From assembly GCF_009914755.1 (NCBI RefSeq), contig NC_060929.1: DNA of 64,000 nucleotides; one strand, 5' to 3'. The DNA comes from the human T2T-CHM13v2.0 reference genome, Homo sapiens. A program made the translations under genes and the position numbers. Shown here in pieces: positions 47,253 to 59,774 of the stretch. The notes below the pieces were generated by a model. The model was not told where the DNA came from. It did not search any database and saw nothing but the letters and a program-made list of their open reading frames with translations. The first letter of the stretch is position 1. The number at the start of each line of letters is the position of its first letter.

Positions 47253-47487
47253 AGCTTCGTTGTTTCTTAAGAGTGGTTGTGTTACCTGTTGTGATTGTGA
47301 CGATATTAGCTAAGCTTTGTTGAGCAGTTACTCTGTGCCAGGGAACCCCTGCAGTGTTTCCATGCAGGTGTGTTCCTTTGATCCTATAGCAACACTGTAA
47401 GGAATGCTTTGTTATATAACTACCCCCATTTTATAGATGAGAAAACTGAGTCACTTAGCAGGTACTCAAGAAAGGTTAGCTTATTGT

Positions 47488-47988
47488 GGCTGGGCACAGT
47501 GGCTCAGGCCTGTAATCCCAGCACTTTGGGAGGCCAAGGTGAGAGGATTGCTTGAGCCTGTGAGTTGGAGGTTGCAGTGAGCTGATTGCACCACTGCACT
47601 CCAGTCTGAGTGGCAAAGTGAGACCCTGTCTTGAAAGAATGAGAGAGAGAGAGAGAGAGAGAAGGGGAGGGGAGGAGAGGAAGGAAAGAAGGGAGGGAAG
47701 AAGAAAGAAAGGGAGGGAGGGAGGGAAGGAAAGGAAAGGAAAAAGAACGAGAGAGAAAGAGAAAAAGCCCTCCAGTCTGGGTGACAAAGTGACACCCTCT
47801 CTCCAAAGAAAGAAAGAAAAAAAGAAAGGAAGGAAGGAGAGAGGAAGAAAGAGAAGGAGAGAGAGAGAAAGCAAGCCCTGCAGTCTGGTTGACAAAGTGA
47901 GACCCTGTCTCGAAAAAAAGGAAAAAAAGAAAGAAAAGAAGGAGAGAGAGGAGGAGAGAAAGAAATTAAGAAAGGGAGAGAGAAAGAT
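47488..47988 (+). mobile_element. Alu monomer (FRAM/FAM-like) with triplicated 3' end and polypurine tails
   Basis: TSD gttagcttattgt at 47475-47487 and 47989-48001; see findings. Confidence 0.85.
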
Positions 47989-49803
47989 GTTAGCTTATTG
48001 TTGTTATTAACTACAGCATGTAACAGACTCATTCATTGAATTGTGTTCAGTGTATCCAATGGGCTCACTGGACAATCATTATGAAGGTCACCTGGTAGCC
48101 CTCTTAGAAGCTCTAGGCAAGACACTCGGCAGATTTCTCCCTTCTAAGGGGGCAGCTCACTTACATTCCCAGGGAGGCCACACCTGTATGGATGGCTGTT
48201 TCTCGCTTTTTGTCCCTCCCTGACTGCTATACCTTTTCCTCATTCCATGAATTTCAAATCCACCCTCATCATTCTGTGGCCATAGCCCCAAGCCTTTGGC
48301 TGTCTATCTCCAAGCCCTATTAGTTGAGGGAACTGTGGTCATCCGTTGAGGGACCAGTTGGTTCTTTTTCACATCTTCCCACCCCACAAGTCCCCACCGC
48401 CTGGGGTGAGCCACACAAATTCAGCACAACACATGCTGTAAGAAAGTATGGCTTTGTATTATTACAAATTGTATGTAATTTTTGTGTCTTACAAAGTATT
48501 ATAAATTATGGCTTTCTGTATGTTTACATCTACGTTATATACGTGTTATTTATATATGTGTGTATACATATACCAATCTTGTCTCTCAAACCGGATTCTG
48601 AACTTTTTAAGGCCTGGAACCATGCTTTATGCTTCTTGGTAATCTTCAGTAGCACCATTGACAGTTTGGGGCAATAGTATAAGCTTAGAAAATGCCTATT
48701 TTTGACCTATTGAAGCAATAGCCTGATTCCTCCACTTTGCAGCAAAATGGCTTCTGAGCACACAGTTTAAGGGCTACTCACTCCCACATCATTTTACTGA
48801 ATGGGTTCTCTCTGCTTCCTGGCTACTGCAGTCCAAGAGCTTCTGGTTAGAACACTTCCCATTATTCTCTGAGCCACTGCAAACCTGTTTTACCACTTTG
48901 TCACCCTGTAGCAGCATTGAAAACTCTTGTTGTTTGGTAAGCTGATGCTGAAACCCCAAAGACAAGCCTCCTTTCTTCCCCTCCCTCTGCCCCATGTTTG
49001 ATATCAGGACAGATAAGACTCCATGGCAGCTCCAGCCGCCCACACTCCTTAGCCGGAAGCTGGGCTCTGCGTCCAGTGTGGAGGAAGATGCGTCCTTTAA
49101 TGTACACCTTGGCAGAGAGGGTCAGGAATGTAGTCTTGAGAGGCAGGTGGTCAGGGTTCAAATCCCAGTTCCCTGGGTCCTTGGAAAAGTGACTTAACCC
49201 CTGTGAGCTTTGACTTCATTTGAAAAACTAGGGATTGTAAAGATTGAATTGGAAAATCCGTGTCAAGTGTGTGGTAATGCCTGGCATGAGGGAAGAGCTC
49301 CTTGAGAGTGGGCTGGGGTGGTGACCTCTAGCTGGTTGCCTGCTTGTATTGGGAAGGGAACTCGGATGAACTCTTTGTCTGCCCTGGGCTAGACAGTGTG
49401 CTGGGGAAGCACTTCACGCCAGCCACCTCATTTCATTCTCTTCACCCCCCTTTTAAGAGAAGTTTTTGTCCTGCCATATATTACAGATGAGGGCACTGGA
49501 AGGGTTGAAAACATGCCCAAAGCCACCCAGCTAGCAGGTGACAGGGCTGAAACCCAGGACTACTGGATTTTGAAGTTCATGGCTCAATACCTCCCTTCCC
49601 AGCATCATCCCTGATAACTCCCTCCTCATTCCCAGAAAATGTAAGGCCCCTTTTTCAGAGTCTAACAGGGATGCTATCCAGTCACTTCTACTTCTGTGCC
49701 TACCCTGCGGCAGAACATGGAGAAAGGTACAACTTATCCTTAAGGAATTTCCAGGATAACTTTGACCACATGTAATTTCCCCTATTAGAAAATTTCTCTT
49801 TAG

Positions 49804-50209
<406 letters not shown>

Positions 50210-50681
50210 AGCTCTGTTGTTTTTGAAGAGCAGCTATGTCACCTGTCATGATTCTGATGACACCAGCTAAGCTTCTTTGGGCAGCTGAGTTACTCTGGAC
50301 CACGAATCCATATTAGTTCAATTCATAGTCAGCAACCTGTTTAAAAAAGAGAGGAGAGAAAAGGTTGATGAGGATTAAAGGTTGCCTCTTGGAGGAGATT
50401 GCAAAGAAAAATCAAGACGAAAGCTTGGGACTTTGACTTGCCAGCTCCCTTGCAAATAGGGAAGAGTGGAGACCAGGCATCTCGCCCCTGTCGGGGGAGG
50501 GCAGTGCAGCACCTCTCTACAAAGCACGAGCCCTGCCGTGCCCAGGCAGGAGGTGTCTGGACAGGACCAGGAGTTGGCTGCTGTCAGCCTTTGCCCCACC
50601 TCTCTGTGGCTACTGGGTATGTGAATCTCTCAAGGCCTGAAGAGAGGACAGCTGAGGAATTTGGAAATCCTAAAACACATG

Positions 50682-50684
<3 letters not shown>

Positions 50685-50728
<44 letters not shown>
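50685..50728. repeat. (AC)n microsatellite
   Basis: Direct read. Confidence 0.95.
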
Positions 50729-50730
<2 letters not shown>

Positions 50731-51169
50731 TTCTTTCCCTTAAAAAAAAAAAGATTCATTCACCGTGTGCATAATGGTGACCCTTTGTTCTCCCCCGACC
50801 CCCTCCCCACCCAGCTTCATCCCAATAGTGTTCCCTCTCAGAGCCGCTCTCTGGAGCCAAATTCCAGAGGCCGGGTTGCTAAGGCCCTTGAAGAAATCAG
50901 GTAGAGGCTGTTGGAGGCCTGGCAGACAAACCACTTCTGTCTCATCCTGCAAGGGATTCGAAGCCCTTCTTGCCCTGTTGGCAGAGGACAGCTGGGCACA
51001 GCCCCCTCCCCAGAGTCCCCAGCCCTCAGATATGCTCCAACAAACAACAACTCCCTGCAGCCCCTATGCCCATCTGCAGCAGGGCCACTGCCTGTCCCGG
51101 ACACTGGCTGTGGGGAGCCTCCTTGCCACGGAGCATCTTCTAAGCTCCCTTAGACTAATTTTTCAGACT

Positions 51170-51480
51170 AAATCTGGGGCCGGTCCTTGCCGACCTGATA
51201 GGCCTGCCGAGGCCCGAGTCCTGGAAAGGAATAGACAGGCTATTTTTAGTGGGGAGACATAAACGGGGCTTTGTTTTCTCTCCATGGAGGCTGAAGTAAC
51301 CGCAGGGGGAGCCTGTGTTGAGACCGTGCTCCATGCCTCGCTCTCTCCTCTGCTTGGAGGCGCAGACGATGAGGCCGGGATGAAAACTTGCTTCTGCTCA
51401 GGATTCCCCATGAGGGTTATTTTTAGCCCAGGACAGTTTGGTCTGTAGCAGGAAACCACAAAGGAATGCCTGTGAGTAGT
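51170..51480. promoter_or_regulatory. Candidate intronic enhancer/alternative promoter (intron 5)
   Basis: Repeat-free, locally CpG-retaining; MEF2 consensus CTATTTTTAG (51240-51249) and TTATTTTTAG (51417-51426), RUNX AACCACA (51454-51460), TEAD/MCAT AGGAATGC (51462-51469). Motif-based only. Confidence 0.45.
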
Positions 51481-52057
51481 TTCTCATCCTGAAATAATGA
51501 GTTTGTGGTGTTCCCGCAGACTGTAAAACTCCTTTTTCTCCACCTTGGACTGAAACCTCAGGCCTAGCCTTTGGCGAAAGTGTGATGTAGTTAAAATGCA
51601 TCTCTGCCCCTGGACCTTTTTGACACCTCGGCCCTCCTTCTCCAGAAGCTCACCCCTGCCTGTCTCTGGTTTGGTCTGACCTTCAGAAAACTATGTCAGG
51701 ACACTTTTTTTTTTTTTTTTTTAATTTTTCCCCCATCAAAATGAACCTGTATGTAGGGCCTGGATAAGCCAATAAGCTCTCCAGACTAGAAGCGTTTTAA
51801 TCCCTTATGTTTGTACAGTAATTCTTAGCTCATCACAAGATTGCCCATCCCATATTCCATTTGATGTTCTTGACAACTTCATGAGTATGGGCTAGGTGGA
51901 TAATGTTATCCAGGCTTTTTAGAGGAGGAAACTGAGGCTCTGTGTATTTGAGAGACAACCTCAGGGTCATCCTAGTAATAGGTAGTAGGGCTGGGAGTTT
52001 TTCATCCTTCTCTCCTTTTCTTCATTGTGTTCATTAGCTCAACACATGCTTATTAAA

Positions 52058-52240
52058 GACTGGTTCTTGACCAGCATGATTTTGCTCCGTCTCCCTCAAG
52101 GGACATTAGGTAATACATGGAGATATTTTCAGTTGTCACCATTCAGGGTGGGGGTACCACCAGCATCTTGTGGGGTGAGGCCAGGTATACTGCTAAATAT
52201 CATACAATGCACAGGACAGCCTGCCCTCCCTCCAAAAAAG
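52058..52240 (+). mobile_element. MER20 (hAT-Charlie) DNA element
   Basis: tggttcttgacc...gggacattagg...agttgtcac...gaggccaggtatactgctaaatatcatacaatgcacaggacagcc. Confidence 0.8.
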
Positions 52241-52439
52241 AATGAGACAGACACGTTCAACTCTGCCTCCTGTTCCCAAGCCTCCCAGAGTCAAGTCAAC
52301 GATGCTACCGCATAAACTATAAATTATCACACAATGTAACGACTGCAGAGTCACAGCTATGTGTGATGTATATGGGAAGCCCCTACCCAGCCCGGAGGAC
52401 CCAGGGAAGTAATCAGGGAAGGCTTCCCATAAGAGCTGA

Positions 52440-52892
<453 letters not shown>

Positions 52893-53014
52893 TAGCAGGA
52901 CAGAGGGAGGGGCCTTCTTAAGGGACTGAAGTCCTGTGGTCTGTGCTTTTCCCCTGGGGAGACCCTGTCCCTCACCCTATCTAAGGCTGACCTTTCCCAT
53001 TAACTGTCTCCTAG

Positions 53015-53144
53015 AATCGATAAGAAAATGTCTGATGCTCAGGGCAGCTACAAACTGGATGAAGCTCAGGCTGTCTTGAGAGAAACAAAAGCCATCAAAA
53101 AGGCTATTACCTGTGGGGAAAAGGAAAAGCAAGATCTCATTAAG
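53015..53144 (+). CDS. WWC1: WWC1 coding exon 6 (130 nt; ~codons 197-240)
   Basis: gtctcctag|A; (K)[43 protein letters not shown]; donor AAG|gtatgc. Confidence 0.97.
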
Positions 53145-53476
53145 GTATGCAAGTTCCTGTTGATGTGGGTGCCATCTTGATTTCTCCTGAGTATTCCTGT
53201 ATGCCAGTCGTATGCGGGCTATTTCCACGTGGTACACACATCACTGAGTTCTCATTACCAGTCTTCCTGGGGTTTTGGTTCCATTTCATAGAGGAGGACG
53301 TGGAGGCTCAGAAGCATTAAGTGACTTTGCATAAGGTCACACAGCTAGTGTAAATGGCAGAGTTGGAATGGAAGTCATCTGGCCTAGTCCAAAGGCCACA
53401 TCCTTGCCACTAGCTCTAACTACCTGACTTATTTTTTCTTTGTTTTTTAAACTTTTATTTTTTAATAGGGAGAGTC

Positions 53477-53910
<434 letters not shown>

Positions 53911-54665
53911 TGCCTTATTTTTCAAGGAATGAAATGGAGGGAGGTGGTTTCAACATCATTAACCTCTGACATCAAAATGTAGCATCTCTATAAGCATTTC
54001 ATTGTGTGTTCTGCCTCTATGCTGGGAACTGAACAAATTATAATAGATATTATGTAATGTGCCAGGTGATTATGCCAAGCCTTTTGTATGCATCATGTCT
54101 CATCTCTTAAATCAACCCTAGTTTATCCCCATCCTACAGAAAAAAGACTGTACAACTCAGAGAGGAAGCTAGAGCGGTGATTCAAACCCTGACTTACAGA
54201 CCCATTCTCTTACCCCCTGTACATATCACCTCCCTTTCCACAAACCACCCTGACCTCAGATATTTCACTGGCAGATTAGGAGTCCTCAGAGATGCTATAA
54301 ATGACTTAGTGAAGGAAGCTGTATGCTCTATGAGAAACAGAACAGTTTGGAAGCTCCTGCCCAGGACAGCAGCCCAGTGAAAACATTTAGATGAAGAGCT
54401 CATGGACAGTGAGGCATGTTCCTGTTATGATTAGTGGTTGAGATCATGGAGCCTTAAGCCAGATAGACCAGGTCCAAATCTTGCCTCGGTCAATTGCCAG
54501 CTTCTCATCGATAAATTGGGGATAATCATAGGTCATTCTTTGTATGACTATTGTCAGGATTCAGTAAGACTCTGGTAAAGCTGACAGTTACTGAGTATGG
54601 GCTGTATTCACTAGTGTTTTATACTTGTCATCTCATTTAATCAAGATGATGGCCCTGTGAGATAG

Positions 54666-54975
<310 letters not shown>

Positions 54976-55323
54976 GCTGATTATTCCCATTTTATAGGAG
55001 AGGAAATTGAGGCAAAGAGAGGTTATTCAGCTAGGTCAAGTCACACAGCTGGGAAGCAGCAGAGCAGGGATTCCAACTAGGGCATGTGGCTCCAGAGTCG
55101 GCATCCACACCGGTTTCTCCTATGTCATAGGCCCAGCGCAGAGCCTGGCACACAGCAAGGACCCACTCACTGCTAGCTCTCTATCACAGGATCAGTAGGA
55201 TATCTGGGGAGGGCACAGGTTCCTAAATTAAGGGAGGGTAGAGAGGGAAGCACAGGGAGCGTGGCAGACCCAGAGCTCCCTCCTGGGAAGGCGCATCACT
55301 AACCCTGCTCTCCCCTCCTTCAG

Positions 55324-55470
55324 AGCCTTGCCATGTTGAAGGACGGCTTCCGCACTGACAGGGGGTCTCACTCAGACCTGTGGTCCAGCAGCAGCTCTCT
55401 GGAGAGTTCGAGTTTCCCGCTACCGAAACAGTACCTGGATGTGAGCTCCCAGACAGACATCTCGGGAAGC
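55324..55470 (+). CDS. WWC1: WWC1 coding exon 7 (147 nt; ~codons 241-289, Ser-rich, SQT motif)
   Basis: ctccttcag|AGC; [49 protein letters not shown]; donor AGC|gtgagt; phase 0-0. Confidence 0.97.
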
Positions 55471-56738
55471 GTGAGTAGACGGGGCAGGTTGCTGGGGGCC
55501 TTCCACAGGATGGCAGCTGGGAGGCTGCTGTAATGGACAGCTGCCTTCTCATGGCTCACCAGGGAGCTGGCCAGGGGCTCTCTGCAGGGCTGGCTGCTGC
55601 CTCAGCCCTCTGGAGCTCTGTTCTCTTACAGACCTCCTGGCCCCAGGAGGATATGATGTGATGCTGTGGAGGAAAAGCCTGCACTGACGGACGTCATGGC
55701 CCTGAGTATTGCCTGGCCAGGTGCTTGTGTCTCTTAATGCTGCACAGAAAGCATGTTTAAAGGACAAAATGTCTTTCTCTGGTTTTTTTTTTCCATACTA
55801 TTTTGCAGTTCCATTTTCATTTTTCTTTCCCCAGCTGGACAGCAGAGGATATTTTCCTCCTGTTAGTCTCAAAACAATGCATGCAGCTTTCAGGCAGCTG
55901 CTTGACTCCCAGTTCCAAAGCTCAGTCCAGTCCTAGTTATGAATAGTGAAAGCACTGTCCAGATGTGGCTCAGGAAAGAGTTAGAGTAGGGCTGAACCAT
56001 GGTGCCTCGTAACTTTTGGAGAGCTTTTGTTTTACTAGAGCCAGCAACATTGAACGAATCTGCCTTCCAGCCTCTGTGGCGGACAGCCTCTATATGCTGT
56101 TCCTGTCTAAGTTCCATAGCTGTCTTCCCACTTGTCCAAGGGTGACCGGTGAGCCTTGTAGCTTCTTGCTGCTCTTAACAGACTAGCACAGAAAAAGAGG
56201 CTGTCCCTTCCTTCCCCATACCACCATGTGTCCAGCTACTAGCCATCTGCAGGCCAAAGTATTTGTAAAGGAACTGTACCCCTCTTTGTGAGTGCAGGGG
56301 TCTTCTCCCCAACTACCCAGTGTTTCACTCCTGACTGCAGCCTCTGAGTTTTCTATGGATCCCCTCACCAGTGCCCCTAGAATGAGTTTCTTGATATTGG
56401 CTATCCCTGTTTCCTCCTCACCAACTGTCCTCCATGCTTCTGTGGCTTGAATTGGCACCAAGCCAAGCCATTTGGGGCTGCAAGATGATATTCTGGGCTT
56501 TTGGCTTCTATTTTCAAAGTGATCGATGTCTGAGCGTACGGTTCTTCCCGTGGCCTGAAGGGAGGAAAGTGTTTTTGCTTAACCAGCTTCCCTGTGATCT
56601 GCACCGCCAGCCCAGTCACCGGGGGCTATTCTTGGCTACTGCCCACGCAAGCTGTCAAGTCTCTCATGAGCCCTCGAAACCCAACTCAGCACCGGCCACA
56701 ACAGCCACATAATTCCTGACTTTGTTCTTCTCCTCCAG

Positions 56739-56812
56739 TTCGGCATCAACAGCAACAATCAGTTGGCAGAGAAGGTCAGATTGCGCCTTCGATATGAAGA
56801 GGCTAAGAGAAG
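56739..56812 (+). CDS. WWC1: WWC1 coding exon 8 (74 nt; ~codons 290-314)
   Basis: ttctcctccag|TTC; FGINSNNQLAEKVRLRLRYEEAKR(R); donor AG|gtaatt. Not in the ORF track but in frame with exons 7 and 9. Confidence 0.96.
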
Positions 56813-57389
56813 GTAATTGGGCTGGGGCTAGGGGCGGGATGGTTCCAAAAATAATAACTACTATTGTAGAATGCCTGCTCTGTGCTTAGCTTTTCACACA
56901 CTTCGTCTTCTTTAATCCTCACAAAGATTATGAAGATAGTTATTATACTTTTTATATTTTCATCCTCTCTGAAATTCAGAGAGGAAATGACTCACCCAGG
57001 ACACTTCACAAGATAGAGAGTGAAACTATGCTTTGAACCCAGATCTGTTTAACCTCAAAGCCGAGTTATCTTCCCACTTGCCTGTCTTGATTTCTGCAAC
57101 CGAGGCTTTCCCATGATCCTGTAAGCATTTTGGTTTGAAGGAGTACAACTGGAATTTCAGCAACAGGCTAAAAAGATTATGGACACTACCCACTTCAGTG
57201 TCTCCTGCACAGCTGGGAGCAAGCTGGGCTTTTAAGCAGTGTAGACCTCTGGGATTTAGATGTTCTGTGGCTTCACAGAATCCTAAGCAATCAGGTTCCA
57301 CTACCACAAGTAAAATCAAAATAATAATCAAAGCTGACATTTTTAGAGCATCTGTTATAGGCCTAAAGAGATTTTTATTTTTAATTACT

Positions 57390-57520
57390 TTGTTTTCTTT
57401 TTTAGGGACAGGGTCTCGCTATGTTACTCAGGCTGGTCTTGAACTCCTGGCCTTAATTGATCCTCCCACCTCAGCCTCCTGAGTAGCTGGGATTACAGGC
57501 ACGCACCACTACCCTTGGCT
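57390..57520 (-). mobile_element. FLAM-like Alu monomer
   Basis: cagggtctcgctatgttactcaggctggtcttgaactcctggcc...gattacaggc. Confidence 0.85.
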
Positions 57521-57551
57521 GAGATTGTTTATTGTACTAAAACATTTGTGC

Positions 57552-57609
57552 ATGCATCTTCTCATTTAATTTTAAAAGCAATGCATCTTCTCATTTAATT
57601 TTAAAAGCA
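57552..57609. repeat. Perfect 29-bp tandem duplication
   Basis: atgcatcttctcatttaattttaaaagca x2. Confidence 0.95.
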
Positions 57610-57748
57610 ACCTTATAGCACAGGGTCTATCTTATTATCTCCATGTTAGAGAGGAGAAAGGTAAGACCAAGATATTTCATGACTATTCCAGGTGGTAGAG
57701 GCAGAATTTGAATCCTGGACAATCTGTCTTCAAGTTCATGATCTTTGC

Positions 57749-58043
57749 TTTTTTTTTTTTTTTTTTTTTGAGACGGAGTCTCACTCTGTCACCCAGGATG
57801 GAGTGCAGTGGCGCGATCTGCAAGCTCCGCCTCCCGGGTTCACGCCATTCTCCTGCCTCAGCCTCCCGAGTAGCTGGGACTACAGGCACCCGTCACAACG
57901 CCCGGCTAATTTTTTTGTATTTTTTAGTAGAGACGGGGTTTCACCGTGTTAGCCAGGATGGTCTCAGTCTCCTGACCTTGTGATCCACCCACCTCAGCCT
58001 CCCAAAGTGCTGGGATTACAGATGTGAGCTACCGCACCCGGCC
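57749..58043 (-). mobile_element. AluY with 9-nt internal deletion
   Basis: gcgcgatct^gcaagctcc (cggctcact missing); TSD aagttcatgatcttt. Confidence 0.93.
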
Positions 58044-58269
58044 AAGTTCATGATCTTTCTGTACTCTGAGCCAGTGTTACTGGCAAAGAATGCCCTGGGC
58101 ATTGTGGTGTGGATGGAAGCCAGGCACATTGCATCCATTCCTTCCTAGACTAAGTTGCCTGGCCTGTGGACCTTCTCAGCCAGGCCAGGTGAAGCATGGC
58201 AGTGCCCAGCTCTGCCCCTCTGCCAACTCTGTGTGAATAGTAGAACTCTTTGCAGAGATGACAGAAATC

Positions 58270-58560
58270 TAATAGAAACCAGAGAAAGCAAAAAAGGGAA
58301 TGTATTGTGTTATTTAACTCCAAAGTCCTGAGATACCTAGCTTCAGACACAGCTGGATCCAGGGACTCAGATGATGTTACCCAGACTCAGTCTCTCTCCT
58401 TTTCTTCACCCTGCTTGCCTTTATGTTGGCTTTACCCTCCAGCAGACTTTCCTGTCAATGTGGCCAGGCAACTCCCAGCAATTCGGAGCTTACACACTAC
58501 CAGGTTAGCAATCCCTGTGGAAAGGGGGCCTACCTTTCCCAATAGTTTTAACTAGCCTTG
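58270..58560. mobile_element. Old MaLR LTR fragment (MLT1J/K-like)
   Basis: cttcagacacagctggatccagggactcagatgatgt... motif characteristic of old MLT1 LTRs. Confidence 0.55.
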
Positions 58561-59470
58561 GGTTTGAGACTCCCTGGCATTTTTGGGTGAACCAAGCTTT
58601 GTTACAGGACAGTTGGGGGTGGGCAAAATTAGGATTCTCTAAAGGTCTAGGCATGCGTCGTGTTTCCAGTGCTGGGAAAAGTCAGCTGTATGGGAACCAG
58701 GTGACTTGAAAGTACGAAAGGAGTGATTTCCCAAAGACAAATTGGAATATTATTAACAAAAGAAGAAGGAATTGAATACTGGTCAGGTAGAAAAAAACAG
58801 ATGTCCTATGTACTATTTCAGCTCCCCCAGGCGTCCAGCAAAACAGCAAGACATCTGTATTTGGACAGCCACTTCTTGTTCTCTCTGAAGAGGACCACTC
58901 TGAACCTTGGATCTGTTCCATCCTGCAGGAATGCCTGTCTTAGATGGTCAGTCCTTGAGACACTAAAGGACTGCAGTGCTCTCTCTGGAGTTGAGCCATT
59001 AGACTTCTCATCACAGAGCTTCCTAGCTCATCTGACTTTATGCAGCCTCTTGCTTGCCCCTCCACCCGAAGCTCATTTTAGTGTAAAGGACAGAGCAGCC
59101 TGCTCAATGGGAAAGCAAGCTTCAGGACTTGAAAGAGGGAAGGGAGGTGTCTGTAATCCAAGGAGGGTCTGATCATTGGATGTCAAGTTTTGTCACACAT
59201 GCATTTCTGAGAAGAGAGACTAGTTGTGTTTATCAGATTCTTAAAAGGATGTAAGGCCTGAAATTTAAGGAGCATTGACATAGGGAAAGAGAAAGTATAT
59301 CCAGTAAAGCATCAGTCACTTCCCAATGTCCTGCATATGGTGGAGCCCCTGCCCGGCCTTACCATACCATTTCGTTCTCAAAGTACTGCAGAACAGCAGC
59401 TACAAAGTTGTCTCAAAGCCGATCTTGATAGATTACTGTATACATGAATGTGAATTTAAATAACTAACTA

Positions 59471-59774
59471 CAGTCAGTCCTCTGTACCCACGGGTTCTGC
59501 ATCTGCAGATTCAACCAATCAAGGATCAAAAGTATCCAGGAAAAAAAATTAAAAAACAATACAAATTTTTAAATATAGTATAACTATTTACATAGCATTT
59601 ACATTGTGTTGGATATTATAAGTAATCTAGAGATGATTTAAAGTATACAGGAGAGTATGCATAGGTTATATGTAAACACTATGCCATTTTATATAAAGCA
59701 CTTGAGCATCCGTGAATTTTGGTACCTGTGGGAGGTCCTGGAACCAATCCCCTGCAGATACCAAGGGTCAAGTG
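59471..59774. mobile_element. Tigger3a/MER7-like MITE (TcMar-Tigger)
   Basis: cagtcagtcctctgtacccacgggttctgcatctgcagattcaaccaa...tatttacatagcatttacattgt...ggaaccaatcccctgcagataccaaggg; imperfect TIRs flanked by TA. Confidence 0.85.

Noticed and set aside
47476-48032. Overlapping 100-183 aa ORFs rich in S/F/L or R/E/K
   Set aside because: Low-complexity purine/pyrimidine tracts lacking stop codons; repeat-derived.
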